From positions 15,971,101 through 16,035,100 of the forward strand of contig NC_134025.1 in assembly GCF_964204645.1 (NCBI RefSeq): a stretch of DNA of 64,000 nt, in the 5' to 3' direction. Position numbers and translations under genes: made by a program. The stretch comes from Tubulanus polymorphus (lineage: Eukaryota; Animalia; Nemertea). Shown piece after piece: positions 51,401 through 64,000 of this stretch (within the stretch, counting starts at the first letter, position 1; each line of letters opens with the position of its first letter). The notes under the pieces were generated by a model. The model made no database searches, was not told where the DNA came from, and saw only the letters and a list, made by a program, of their open reading frames with translations.

Positions 51401-52002
51401 CTACAGTACATACCGATCTTTGTCAAATGCACAAGGTATTTACAAAATACAAGTATATAACACACTCCTATCCGTAAGCTGGACTCGCATTCGGGGTAAG
51501 CGTTCGCCATGGGGGAAAGGAGATCGTTCGCTGTGTCGCTTGAAGTGTTTATTGAGTTTTACGCGACCTCAAGGCTTTACGCCTACCGGTACTGAGCTTG
51601 ACTGTCTCAAACAAACACAGTATAATTGTTGCGTTTGTTAACGGACTCATTGGATTTAACTTCATAACAAAATTTACGATATTTAGGAGGGTTGTTATTC
51701 AATAGGCCTACGACCAATCTGTCCGGATGTTAGGCCTACGCATATACATAGGCCTACATAGGCTAGTAGCCTCAAATAGGTTAAAGCTAAGTTCACTGTA
51801 AAGGAGGAATCAGATTTATTAAAATGCATGTTAATTAGTGATTAACTGGTTCTGACTTGCAACGATCAATCACAATTATCAATTTTATTGCCAAAAATGA
51901 AGATTTTTTGGAAAATTTTGCCTGAGCAGACAGCTTTATAAGCCAGACTTTTCATTTGAGTTTTTTCATCATAAATGAAACTGGTTTTTCATTAATTCCT
52001 AA

Positions 52003-52291
52003 TAACTTAAGCCGGGCATAGGTCGGCCTTGCGACGGCTTGTGACTCACTGCGACATCATTCACTGCGACCGCCAGCGACGATTGTGTCGCAACGACTCC
52101 TCGCCCTACGCTCCCTTGCGACTACTTTGTGATGCGACGCGACAATACTGTCATAACCAACCTACGCGCTCTTGCAACTGGCAGAAACTAGTCGCACACA
52201 GCCGCTAACAATCGTATCGCAACCGAAACTTGCGATGCAACGCGAGGATCACATCGCGTCGCAAGGCCGACCTACGTCCGACTTTAAGTTA
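52003..52291. mobile_element. MITE with ~35-bp TIRs
   Basis: TAACTTAAGCCGGGCATAGGTCGGCCTTGCGAC ... GTCGCAAGGCCGACCTACGTCCGACTTTAAGTTA; internal TGCGAC/GTCGCA repeats. Confidence 0.8.
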
Positions 52292-52736
52292 CTGCGGAGC
52301 CCCAGAAATATCTTTTTTTCGTTCAAAAGACCTTTCGCTTGAAAATTCTTTCGTCGGAACAAAATTTATTTCGATCGAACCAATAATATTCTGTTCGATT
52401 GAACCAATTTGAAAAGAATCGTCAGAACAAAGTTGAAGAAACTTTTTTTGTCCAAACGAAAGGTTTTTCGTTCGAACGATCGTTCGATCGATCAGAATCG
52501 TTTTAATTTGAACTGAATTTTCTTGTCAGAACATTAAGTTTTTCGTTCGAACAAGTATATTGTAAAAAGTTATTTCTCCGAACCAAAAGTATTAGGTATT
52601 TCATTCAATCGAACAGAATTGATTTCATTCAAACATTCGTTCGAAAAAAATTGTTTTCGCTCAACAAAATTTTTTTGCAGGGACAAAAAGTTTTTCATTT
52701 CAACAATAACATAGCTTTTTATTCGAACACATCTTT

Positions 52737-53950
52737 AGGCCACTTGGGACTTTAGTCCTAGCGGGCTATTGCGTTCACTTTTCGTCCGTCATCCATCCGT
52801 CCATAGTCGGAATCCAGTTATTTTGGGAAGTTTTGAAGACGCTTCAATGTAATGTCTTGATATTTGGGTTACACATGTATCTACCCTAGACACATCTTCA
52901 GCCCACAAACTGGCCCTGTCAGAATCAAGATGGCTGACTGACAGCCATTGATGTTTGCCAAAATCAGAACTTTTTGAGGGAAATTTTGAAGACGCTTTGA
53001 TCAATTACCTTGATCTTTCGTATATATTTGAATCCCCCAGGGCCCATGAGCATAACAAAAATTGGGTCGATTGAACTCAAGATGGCCATCCTATGACCTT
53101 TTAGTGCCCAAAAATGTCAATTTTGGCCCGTAGCTTCCTACTGGTCTGCCATTTCTCATTGCAATTGCTGAAGGGTATTCTTTGGAAAGGGATGTTTTAT
53201 TGCTGAGATTTTTGATCAACCAATTATGACGCAATTGGCGGCCATCTTGGTGTAATCGGTACTCATTCGTAGGTGGGAATAAGTTTTTCGACATTATATT
53301 GATACCTAAGCATATTTTGTTACCGCAATGAATGAGAAAGTTGTAGCTTATAAGGTGTTCTATGATTGTAGTGAGTTTCAAGGTCATTAGTTTTTGTATA
53401 TGGCCACCAGGGGGCGTTGAATAATATAATATCTTAGTATTTCTTTATTATATTTGTACCAATGCATATTTTGTTACTACAATCAATTGCAAAGTTGTAG
53501 CTCATGACATCGCCTATGATTGTGGTCTGTTTTAAGGACATTAGTTATTCTATATGGTCACCAGGGGCATTGAATAGTAGAATAACTTAGTATTTCCTTA
53601 TTATATTGTTGCCTAGGCATATTTTGTTAACATATCAATTGCAAAGTTGTAGTTCATGACATGTTCTATGATTGTGGCGAGTTTCAAGGTCATTGGGTCT
53701 GAATATGGTCACTAGGGGCGTTGAATTGTAGAATAACTTAGTATTTCCATATTAAATTGGTAACGAGGCATATTTTGCTATCACAATCAATTACAAAATC
53801 GTAGCAAATGACGTGTTCTATGATTGTGGTGAGTTTCAAGGTCATTGTATTTTGTATATGGTCACCAGGGGACGTTATATATTGAAATTGTTAGATTGTT
53901 GAGCATTCGAAACCACTTCCCAAGTGGGCATGGTGTCTCTGGACCCCTAG
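52737..53950 (-). mobile_element. HINE/pearl-like element, copy 3, inserted in a TTCGAAC-rich repeat (52310-54065)
   Basis: Reverse complement of 23744-25005. Confidence 0.8.
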
Positions 53951-54074
53951 TTTTGTCAGAATGAAGAAAAGTTTTGGTTCAAACAAAAAGCTTATTGTTC
54001 GATCAAACAGAATAGTTTTCATTCCAACAAGATTTTCTTGTGGGAACATTAAAGTTTTTGGTCGAAAGGCGTGT

Positions 54075-54360
54075 TAAGGTCGTTCGGAAATTTACTCGGT
54101 GTGGTATATTTTGGATTACCGTGTATGTCATTTGTCAGGACATTAAACAGAAGACGACTTAGGATACTACCTTGCGTGACTCCACTAGTTAGAACAGATG
54201 AGGCGTTCCGTTGATTTTGGCTACAAGTTTTCGTCAGAGATAACTGCTGAGCCATTTGAGCGACCTATCATTGATAATGTTTCCTAATAGTTTGTTTAGT
54301 AATGGCTGATGTTGTGCCTTATCAAATGCTTTGTCGAAATCCACCGTTGAACAGGATTCT
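54075..54360 (-). pseudogene. CR1-type RT fragment
   Basis: DFDKAFDK..LLNKL and SGVTQGSIL..LLFNVLTNDI. Confidence 0.7.
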
Positions 54361-54507
54361 AAGACTGTGCAGAAAACCCGTTATCGCTGCTTTGCAGCTA
54401 TATTTGATTAAATAATTCACCGCAATTTGCCATGTTATTGATCCAATTCCGCAGTCCGATGTTAAGATTCGGCTCAGAGTTGACTCAATATGAAGTGGGT
54501 TTCACCC

Positions 54508-55830
54508 TCAACTCTTGACTTGAGGACAGCTGTGTAAATGACCTAGCGGAACTACGAGTGCAACTGAACTCATCTGGCCCAGAACCAGGGACCAGGATTG
54601 AGCTGATCTGGGTGCCTCCCTCAGCTTCTGAACTCTGGCCTGCGCTGGTCTGACTAAAGCCTGAAGCTGAAGTGTCAGATTGAAGCGCATACCCAGGTAC
54701 ATGGACTTTTGAGAGGGGGTAAACTTGGACTTTTCTAAATTCACACTATGAAACCTAATTGATGGATTAAGGCAAGTGTCCTTTCTAAGGTTTCCTTGCA
54801 CTCTGCTTTTGAATTTGCCACAACCAACCAATCATCCAGGTAACAATATATGCGAACTTCCTTCGACTGAAGCTGTTTCTGGACCCTTTTGACAAGTTTT
54901 GTGTAGACCCAAGGAGCTGAACTCAGGCCGGAGGGTAAGATCAAATGTTGTCGGTACGCTTACCACCCCACAGTGTCGTGTCCAGGGTATCACACCATTC
55001 TTATTTATGCAGAATGGGGTGCCAGAACTAACTCTTCAGTGTCGTCTGGTCGACTGAGGATTTTGACTGCCAAACCTCTAGGCTGGGTTTGTTTTGGTTT
55101 GGTCTTCGTACCTCTGTATCTGGAGAAAACTTCTTTAACTGACTCCTTGAATGGGATGTCCCCTGTCTCTCTCATTGTTGATGGAGACAAGGAGTACGAT
55201 CTGTGCATGTCCCCATCCCTAGTTAGATCAAGGTCTTCTGGATCGTGAGATTTTTCCTCGTCAGAAAATTCGTTGACATCATCCAACACTACCCTATCTA
55301 GTGGGTTGCCGGACGGCCCTGGCGGCACTAATGAAGGTTTAGGAGCCGGGTGTTACTTGCCTGTTCGCTGTTCCTTAAGGGAAGCGATCTCCTGCGAGAA
55401 TATCGCTAACATATTTTTGATGTCACTATAGCCAGACAATTTTATCACCTGGTGATTTAGAACGTGAACTTTGTTTTTTATGAGAACGCTTGTGTCTACA
55501 CCTGGTAGGTGACGGAGAATAGGTTCGACTAAATCTAGATCGTGACCTAGAACGCGACCGTGACCCAGAGCTGGGGTCAGATGATGAACAATGTCGTTTA
55601 TCATTAGAGCGCTGGCGCCTATGTCTGGTAGGTGACAAAGAATCGGACCGACTCAATCTTGATCGGGATCTGGACATACATAGACGAAGATTGTCCCGAT
55701 TTATTGCCCTGTTTTCGAGAATCTGGGTCTTAGCAGGTGTATCAACCTTGCCTCTATGTTTAATTCTAGGTCCCCTTGGGGAACTTGAGACATCGTGGTT
55801 CGACATATTCAACCCTTAACATACCAGCTG
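54508..55830 (-). mobile_element. DIRS1-like (tyrosine-recombinase retrotransposon) remnant: RS-rich gag region plus RT fragment
   Basis: LPSGLSSAPWVYTKL..YLDDWLVV..LGFIVNLEKSKFTPSQ..YLG, a typical DIRS RT. RNase H and YR not seen. Confidence 0.8.
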
Positions 55831-56005
55831 AAAAGAAGGGTTATCTATTGATACGATTTTTTTAAAATTATTGACACGATTAATTTTGGTTGAATAATAA
55901 TGATTATAAGACAGATAATAACGATTATTAAATATATCGCATGTACTGGAAACGGAAAGGACCACTAAGAAAGCAGGACGACGCGAAAAAGCGAAACCGG
56001 AAGTA

Positions 56006-56700
56006 AACAAGAGGCCCATGGGCCTAGTACCTTCATGACGCAGTAGAAGTAGAATGATTCAGTATTCAAAGTTTAACAGAAAGATTTATATTGTAACGAT
56101 GCAACAAGTTTTGAAATAGTTAAGATGGTATAGGCTATGGGGCGATAATGTTCATTTTCTGTTAATATATCCTTACATGTAAAGACAAGCCCATTTTAGC
56201 TGCCCCAAAGATCACACTACATGCAAAAATGCATCAAGAATAGGTGTAGGCATCGTGCTGAAAAGAAATCCAAGATGGATAGGAACCCTGGTGGCCATAC
56301 TTGAACTCAATTTTCAATAAGAGGTAGACATTTCACCTACCAAAATTCTTACACCTAGCATCATGAAAATGCATCAAGAATTGCAGGCCGTTTCGTGTTT
56401 GAAATTCAAGATGGCTAACCTGGCGGCCATATTTGAAAGCCGTTGACCTCCATATACAAAAGGCATGGACAGCTTACCTACCCTAATCCTCACACCAAAT
56501 TTTGTGGAAATACATCAAGAATTGCGGGCTGCATCGGCAAACAAGAAATTCAAGATGGCCAACCCAATGGCATCCATATTTGATCACTAATGATATTTTT
56601 TTACAATAGGGAACGACATCTTGCCAGACCCAATTTTCAAGCTAATTTTGCAAAAAGATTCATCGCAAATTACAGGCGAATTTCTGTTTCGAATTCAATT
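56006..56700 (+). repeat. Non-autonomous element with diverged internal CAAGATGG repeats
   Basis: Starts AACAAGAGGCCCATGGGCCT; repeated CATCAAGAAT..GAAATTCAAGATGG units ~135-145 bp apart. Confidence 0.5.
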
Positions 56701-58130
56701 CAATTCCAGGTCCTGGCTTAGGCCAATGCAATAGGAGTCAATTAAGATTCGGCTTTTTGAAAAACCAGCACAGATGCCTATTCAAATCACATGTAATTAA
56801 AAAATTCAGCGCTTCTTAGTTTGATGTCCCTGTCTTCATCGCGCACGTGGTTAAAATTATTGTTTACATCGAAAGTCTTCAAAAGCTGATACAACCGCAC
56901 CGGCTGTCAATCATCCTCATTGATTCATATACTAAAATGCTCACTATGAAAAAACTATGCCGTGAATCAATCCGGAATTTTTCAGTACAATGTCAGACAC
57001 TAGGTACCTTTTTTTAAAGGCTTATTTGTTGTATGTCACTAACAATCAGTTATATAATACTTTATTCATAACTTTGAAGCCACAGGGACTTGTCACAATT
57101 GATAGTGAATGAATATAACCAGTATCAATGACCAACCCCAGTATACCTGTATAATAAAAGAACAAGGGTAGCAACTAATCATCAATCTGAAAATGACCTC
57201 TCCACTTCAATCGACTGTAATTCCAAAAAACCTCAACCGATTCACATGAAACTAGCTGTAATACATACTAGAAGACTTTCTGCTTCCAACGAGCCTACAA
57301 CGATCACTCTACGACAAATATCTCACAACCAAATCAGCGTTTATTTACGGAAGATAGCTCAAAATGGAGGTGTACAGATTCTATGGTGGACAGCAAAAAT
57401 GGCAGTTTCTTTCACTTGAACCAATATTTTCGTGGTGAAATTTTTAGAGATAACCCTAACAAACCTATTTCTTATCTGTTTTTTATTTTTTTATGTTCTT
57501 CATTGATTTTTCAATTCGATAATGTGTTTTTTAACATTAATTACCAATAAAGTTGTTTTGAAATTGACTTTGATTTGAATTTGCTGTTTCCATTTTCGTA
57601 TTTTGAGCTACTAAGCTCTGTAACTGCATGGATTATACAAATAAATGATACAGCTGGAAAGGTATGACTCTTTTCAGAATATGTATGGTTTGTTTGGGTT
57701 ATCTCAAAAATCTCACATAGAAAAATCATTGTTGGAAGTGAAAAAACTGCCATAAAAACCGGTAGCAAAATTGTTGAAATCGCGCATAAGATGAAACCTA
57801 GATATCACCCAAGATTTGACGTCTAATCCGAGATCACTCTTTGTGTCTGTTTCTTATACCAATTCGATCGGATGACCGATAAATCACGAAAAATTTTAAA
57901 TGATTTACGAGCACTGCTAATCCCTAGAGAACACGCACCAAGCAAGATGGTGGCGTCTCCATACCAAAAAACGATTGGGCGTTATCTGCCTAGCCAAAAG
58001 CAATAAGGCTAGTGTATTAGAACGATAACCACATTCAAACATGGTGAACGGATAATAAGATAAAAAGCCACTATCTACAAATTAATAAAATTTATAAACA
58101 ATAATTTATTTATTTAATTTAAAATATATA

Positions 58131-58180
58131 TAAGACACGACGTTCAAATCTCACCCTAGAGATCATCGTCAGGTATCTTA
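58131..58180 (-). ncRNA. Degenerate type I hammerhead ribozyme motif
   Basis: Minus strand TAAGATAC-CTGACGA-T-GATCTC..GAGATT-TGAACGTC-GTGTCTTA. Stems I and II pair, but the core has GAA rather than GAAA. Confidence 0.55.
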
Positions 58181-58544
58181 TTAAGGCTAATGTATTTTCC
58201 CAGGGAATGTATTCGAAGCAAATACCCACACATCTTGTTTTGCAGTACCTATGTGGTATTTTCTCTTCTTTCCAAAAATAGACTCATTAATGTCAACTTG
58301 CATTGTGTCAATGCTATAATCGGGACATTTACAACAGGGTTTTTCTGACTGATACAAACGTCCCTCGTTTTATCAACCCATTTAATTATAGTGCGCTGCA
58401 AAATGTTGACATTTGTTCCAGTTGATAAATTTTAATATCAAGTGAAAATCCCCATCTGATGCAAACAATTGATGTCAGTGACAGTTTAGACCCCTGGAAG
58501 AAGGTGATACATTATAGAATCATTAGACAGGCCAGGTCACACAA

Positions 58545-58762
58545 CTCCACGATCCCCGAGCCACTTAACATTACGTAGGTGAATCTACAAATGGCCCCAC
58601 GATCCCAGCCTCTTGATTAGGTGAATCTACCTTTGGCCCCACAATCCCAGCCTCTCTATTTTAAGTGAATCTACCTTTCACTCGACAATCCAAGCATCTC
58701 TGTACTAGGTAAATCTACATTCAGCCCCACGCTCCCCACCACGTTATATTAGGTGAATCTAT
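58545..58762. repeat. ~43-bp minisatellite, ~5 units
   Basis: Repeated AGGTGAATCTAC..CCCCAC.ATCCC. Confidence 0.85.
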
Positions 58763-60170
58763 ACATGATATTGCGTTTTGCTCATGAAAAACATTGATCC
58801 TGTCCGAATTGATTCCTTTGTGGTGCAGTCTGTTCCCTTGCTACTTACTAAACTCGTTGGCTTTTTTTTAACAACAAACTGCTGGTAATGTAGCACTTTC
58901 CTTATTCAGGGGAATTCAATGCATTGCTTTTCGGAAGACACAACATTCTTAAAAAAGTGATCACGGTCACGTCGTCGCCCTTCTGTAGATCAGTGCTTGA
59001 ATTGCGAGGGATGATCAAAACTATCCTCCATTTTGTGCGGCAGATTTCTTGGAGCCGATTTCTTGACTGTTGTATATAGAAATACATCAGCTTTTCAAAA
59101 CTTAAACATCAGGTTCGATCACTTAGTAACGGTTTGTAACAATAAATTCAATTTATTAGCCGTCAATTTTGAAAAATCAGAATATGAGGCGTAGTTTTTG
59201 GTTTGTTTTATTCAGAGATTTGAAAATTATCCAGTTCATTCAAATTCCATTAATTGAATAAGAAAACCTAGTAACTATTAGCGACACCTTGCTTGCGAAA
59301 TATAGGTGGAGTTGTTGAGGTTTCCCCATTGCACAGATTATTTCATTATGAAGTCCGTAGGACCGGTTCATGGAGAAATTATTGCTACGATAATCTCAAA
59401 TAGGCCTACTTGTGAATCCTTTTCCGTGTCATAAGAATCTTGTACTTGCAATGTACTTCACGGTTTTACATTTTGGAGATGGAACGGATGAGGCCACTGT
59501 GCCTGTTGTGCCACTGGTATCATCCAAGAATACGGTTCACATCTTACGTCTGAGTGCAGTCATCCATGTATTTCAGTTTTTTATCCGATTTCACGTGAAC
59601 AAAGCCGATGTCCAATTTGAGAGGGTAATTGCTGTAAATAGTATGAACGCTGCCAGACAACCAAATCACAATGGCTGGTGCAAAACAGATTTTTCTGCAG
59701 GTCAGTTATACTTTTTACGTGTCAACGGTCCCAGAGACATTCAATGAATATAAAGAAGTGCATGCATAGGGAATATAGATACATCCTTCAATTTCTTGGA
59801 AAATCTGATGCCTATTTTGCCATCCTTTCCACGTTTAAGTAATTGAATCAAAAGAATGGTCCAATTTCAATTTCAGTGCTTATCAATGCATATTTTTCGA
59901 CTTGGATTAGAGTCATGGTTAAGAATCTAACTTATATCAATTACTTCCAACTCAAACAAGAAACAAAATTCTTAATATGGACTTTCCTAAATTTAGACGC
60001 GTGTATGTTTAATCAGCATCAAAATTAAACATTGGTAGTCTAGATTAGAGATTAAGTAAGCAGAACAAATAAAAAATAGTGAAAACTATTTAATTGAAAT
60101 CAAATGATGGGAGAAGACTGACTGTTTAGAGACAATAAGATCGAAAATAAGGACAGAAAATATCAAGAAA

Positions 60171-60595
60171 CTAGGGGTCCAGGGACACCACGCCCACTTG
60201 GGAAGTGGTTTCAAATGCTCAACAATTTAACACTTTCAATATTCAATGCCCCCTGGTGACCATTTACAAAAACCAATGAACTTGAAACTCACAACAAATA
60301 AAGAATATGTCAGCAGCTATGATTTTTTAATTCATTGTGATATCAAAATATGCCTTGTTACCAATTTAATATGGCAATACTAAGTTATTCTACTATTCAA
60401 CGCCCCCTGGTGACCATATTCAAAACCCAATAACCTTGTAACTCCCCACAATCATCAAACATGTCATGAACTAAAACTTTGCAATCGATCATGGTAACAA
60501 AATATGCCTAGGTACCAATATAACAAGGAAATACTAGGTTATTCTACTATTCAACGCCCCCTGGTGACCATATAGAATAACTAATTTCCTTAAAC
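60171..60595 (+). mobile_element. HINE/pearl-like element, copy 4 (3'-truncated)
   Basis: Same 5' end CTAGGGGTCCAG and ~154-bp repeats as copy 2. Confidence 0.8.
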
Positions 60596-60672
60596 CTCTT
60601 ATTATTTTGAGAGTCCTCCATGATATTTGAGCTGCAAAACCAACACAAAGAAGTGGTTCACATGTACATTTA

Positions 60673-61457
60673 CAGGGGCGGATCCAGACCGTATTAGCCG
60701 TATTGCCCAATACGGTCTAGAATTTTTAAGTGCCCTTCGAAATTTCACCGGCAGTATTTTTGACGGCATTATTTCAGCAACCGCTAATTCCGTGTTCGTA
60801 ATCCGGGCATAATTATAAAATTAATCGGTATATACTGCTGCCGAGAAAGTGAGGAGAGATAATCATATTTGTAAAGCCTTTAATCATGATAAATTAAAAA
60901 GGGCACTTTCATTTTGCAAGGGGCACTCATGCTTTAGAAGAGGGCACTATACGCGGAAAATGTTGAAGAAAAGGGCACTTTTTTGCCTAATTTTTAAAAT
61001 TTTAGGGGCACTTTTGGTTTGGAAGATGGCACACGACATAAGGATAAATGTGAAGACGAGGCAATTTTTGCCGATTGTTAACAATGAAGGGGCACTTAGC
61101 CGTATTCTGTATTATTGTTAAGGGGCACTTTTAAAGATTATAGGGGCACTAGGCGAAGTTGGCGACAACCATTCTTTCATGGGTTCGCCAGCTTCATTTT
61201 TTATCCGCATGTGTTGAAATCTTGTCTTGAATTCGTTTATTCTGGATTGCTCTGCTAGCCTCTAGAAGCCCTCTAAAAGCCTTAAAATGGTACCATATTT
61301 TCAAAATTTTCTGGGGGTGGGCCCCCATGCCCCCCTCTAAGGACTTCGCGCCTTCGGCGCTCGCATTGACCTGGATACTGGGTGTGCCCTAAGATCAGAA
61401 AGGTGCCTTTAAATTTCCTTCCAATACTGTCTACCCATCCCCCTGGATCTGCCCCTG
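60673..61457. mobile_element. hAT-like MITE with 5-bp TSD
   Basis: TIR CAGGGGCGGATCCAG/CTGGATCTGCCCCTG, flanked by ATTTA on both sides; internal GGGCACT repeats. Confidence 0.75.
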
Positions 61458-62249
61458 ATTTAATGAACAACCAATATGACTTCTCTTTGTTTTGAAAAAA
61501 AACATGCACTTCCTTTCCTGCTGAATTGATCGTTAGCAATCCATACTTTTCCTTCTAACTGAAACTAAGGTACCTCGTGATTTTTCTTTAATCCTAACAA
61601 ATCGTGCAGATTGTGTAGGGAATATTACCGTCAAAATGCAATTAACAAGCAGCTGCCACAAAGAATACAACTTGCTCAGCCATAACAATAAGGAGAAAAC
61701 ACATGAGACCTCTTTATTGTGATCAATTTTCGATTTGAAGCTTCGGTAAAACATTTTATGAGACAGCCTGTAGAATTTGAAAATACATCCTAACCAATCG
61801 GTGTAACTTAACAAAGTTGATAAGTAGCATGTTGAAGACTTAACACAACCAAAGCAATCTTTCAGATTCAAAGTCATGTAATCAACAAGTAAAAACATGG
61901 AGAATAGATGATATGATAAAAACACACTTTGTACGAATTCTTAGATCTAAAATCAAGAATCTATTTAATGAAGAATATATCACCTGCCCCAATCCTGACA
62001 CCAAGTTTCATATAAATCCATACATTATTATAGGCGGTATCATGCTAACAACATTGGCTGTCCTAATGTCCATATTTGATGGCTGATGGCCCTATTTTTA
62101 TTAGGGCCAAACCAACTCACTAAATTTCATAAAAATCCATCACTTCCATAACATTTTCAGTTTTCAATTGAATCAATTCCAAGATTTTAAACTTTACAAA
62201 TCTGTACATAGTAGGTTTCCATTAAATCATATTATCCTAATTCTTCTGC

Positions 62250-62496
62250 ATTTTGCAATTTTCAATGTTGTTCACTTTCTTTTTGATATTGTCTCTATGT
62301 CGAGAATGAATGATGTGCTTGTTTTTCTTGCTCAATACTTTGGCGTTCTCACAATCACTCTGTCCACAGGGCTGTCACCGGTTTTGAAAAATTCTCGAAA
62401 AAAATGTTTTAATCCTTTTTCCTCTTCTCGTGTCCAATTTCTTTTCTTTACATGGCACCTCTTCAGCAAGCTTCTCTTTTTGGGCTGTATAACATC
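62250..62496 (-). pseudogene. Possible terminal exon with Myb/SANT-like motif, probably transposon-derived
   Basis: TTTCTTTCAG acceptor, then KKRNWTREEEKGLKHFFREFFK..P; in-frame stop follows. Confidence 0.35.
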
Positions 62497-63304
62497 TGAA
62501 AGAAAGTATATGCTATGGGAATATCTGGTATATATGCTAGTATTGGCAAGAGAAACATGGCATGAAGAGAAAATCCGCGTGTAATAATTAATTACGGAGT
62601 CTGTAGATTTCACAGAATTTATTTTGGTCATACAAGATAAGGTGTCTTTTAAGATACGAGCTTGATTAAGGAAAACTGTGAAATGGACCATAAGGGTTAT
62701 TTCCTGTGAAAAAAACCTAGCTTGACCAATCAAAATAATCACTGATGTTGACAAAAGTCAATTTGTAGGCCAAAAATGAAGATATTATTCAAAGGCATGT
62801 AGATTTAATGCAATTCACTAAGCTTGGCGCTATACCCAAAGAAAAAACCACTTACTGAATGTTGTCACACCGGCAATACATGATGCAATTATCACCAGTT
62901 ACATCCTCAATGCGGGTCAGTAGAGGCCCATGCCTTAAAAGTCCACCCATACAAAATATCCAACTGAAATGATTTTAGATCAATTTATCCGTTACATGAA
63001 TTAAACTTTTAATAACTGCAATATGTTAAGAAAGGAAAACCAACAATTGAGTAAAATGAATCATAGATTAATCAATAAAAATAGAATTATTATAAATTGT
63101 ACGTGATTTCTAAACTGAAAAATGTACCGAGTGTTTAAACTCTATACAGCCTTACCTTTAAGGCCTTTTTCATTAGTTTTTGACTTCTCGGTTGTATTTT
63201 CTGAAAATGAAACAGTATGCCTTAGTTTAAGTTGCATGTCTAGGTTGCAACTCTTGAGCTTCATCAAATTTCAAATCTTAGGTGCTTTGATTTTAGGATC
63301 CATT

Positions 63305-63915
63305 CATTAAATATGTAAAACGATAGTGGGTTTGGGTTGCAAAAGTTAATATTGTCCATACGTCTTGGGTTGTGCGTCCATTGATTTCTGAGGTGCTTAG
63401 AATAGATTTAAATATCTATCAACATGTAAAATAATAGTGGGCTGCAAAAGTAAACAATGTCTATCAGTTTTGTGTTGCGCGTCCATTGATTTCTGAGGTG
63501 CTAAGAATAGATTTAAAGATCTATCAACATGTAAAATCATAGTGGGCTGCAAAATTAAACAATGTCCATAATTTTGGGTTGCGCGTCCATTGATTTCTGA
63601 GTTGCTTTGATTTAAAGATCTATTCATCAACATGTAAAACAGTATTGGGCTCTAAAAGTAAATAATGTCCATCAGTTTTGGGATGCGCGTCCAATGATTT
63701 CTGAGGTGCTTGGATTGAAAGATCTATTTATCAACATGTAAAACAATATTTGGCTGTAAAAGTAAATAACGTCCATTGGTTTTGGGTTGCCCGTCCATTG
63801 ATTTCTGAGGTGCTTACATTTAAAGATCTATGAACTGGTTGAATAATAGTGGGCTGCAAAAGTAAATAATGTCCATCAGTTTTGGGTTGCGCATCCAGTA
63901 AATTCTGAGGTGCTT
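63305..63915. repeat. ~104-bp tandem repeat, ~6 units
   Basis: GTCCATTGATTTCTGAGGTGCT-like motif at 63376, 63481, 63585, 63689, 63793 and 63893. Confidence 0.92.
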
Positions 63916-64000
63916 TTTTCAATAACTATTCATAAGACAATCAAAGAAGTCCCACAATTATGGCGGAATGATATGATTCCACCAGATGATGGATGTTAGT

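Noticed and set aside
55426-55812. SR splicing-factor gene
   Set aside because: No RRM domain; lies in the DIRS gag position.
58545-58762. Spaced repeats that look CRISPR-like
   Set aside because: The 'spacers' are homologous to each other, there are no cas genes and the context is eukaryotic; this is a minisatellite.
58900-59750. Short ORFs or possible exons
   Set aside because: No motifs, and stops occur in the plausible frames.

Overview
Repeat-dense animal (probably marine invertebrate) genomic DNA made almost entirely of nested mobile elements; no prokaryotic genes, rRNA, tRNA or CRISPR. From left to right: (1) a 5'-cut Ty3/Gypsy LTR retrotransposon with an extra SGNH/GDSL-hydrolase-like ORF in the env position (1-6126); (2) a complete but degenerate AcademX DNA transposon with ~600-bp TIRs and a TAT TSD (7473-14378); (3) an AT-rich Polinton/adintovirus-like remnant (~18100-28642) with a hairpin at its left edge, a repeated promoter-like motif, pPolB, an endonuclease and the start of an integrase, split by Helitron/Helentron-type insertions and cut by a BEL/Pao LTR; (4) a very young Mag-like Gypsy element with identical LTRs, nested in a CACTA-type non-autonomous element; (5) two spliceable exons of an SH3-domain host gene on the minus strand; (6) a second, diverged Gypsy+SGNH element on the minus strand; (7) hammerhead-ribozyme motifs, CR1/L2 LINE and DIRS remnants, MITEs and tandem repeats. 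The two best candidates for novelty are the Gypsy lineage with an apparently spliced SGNH ORF3 and the Polinton-like element with its hairpin and repeated promoter motif. All family calls come from motif recognition by eye; no database search was run.
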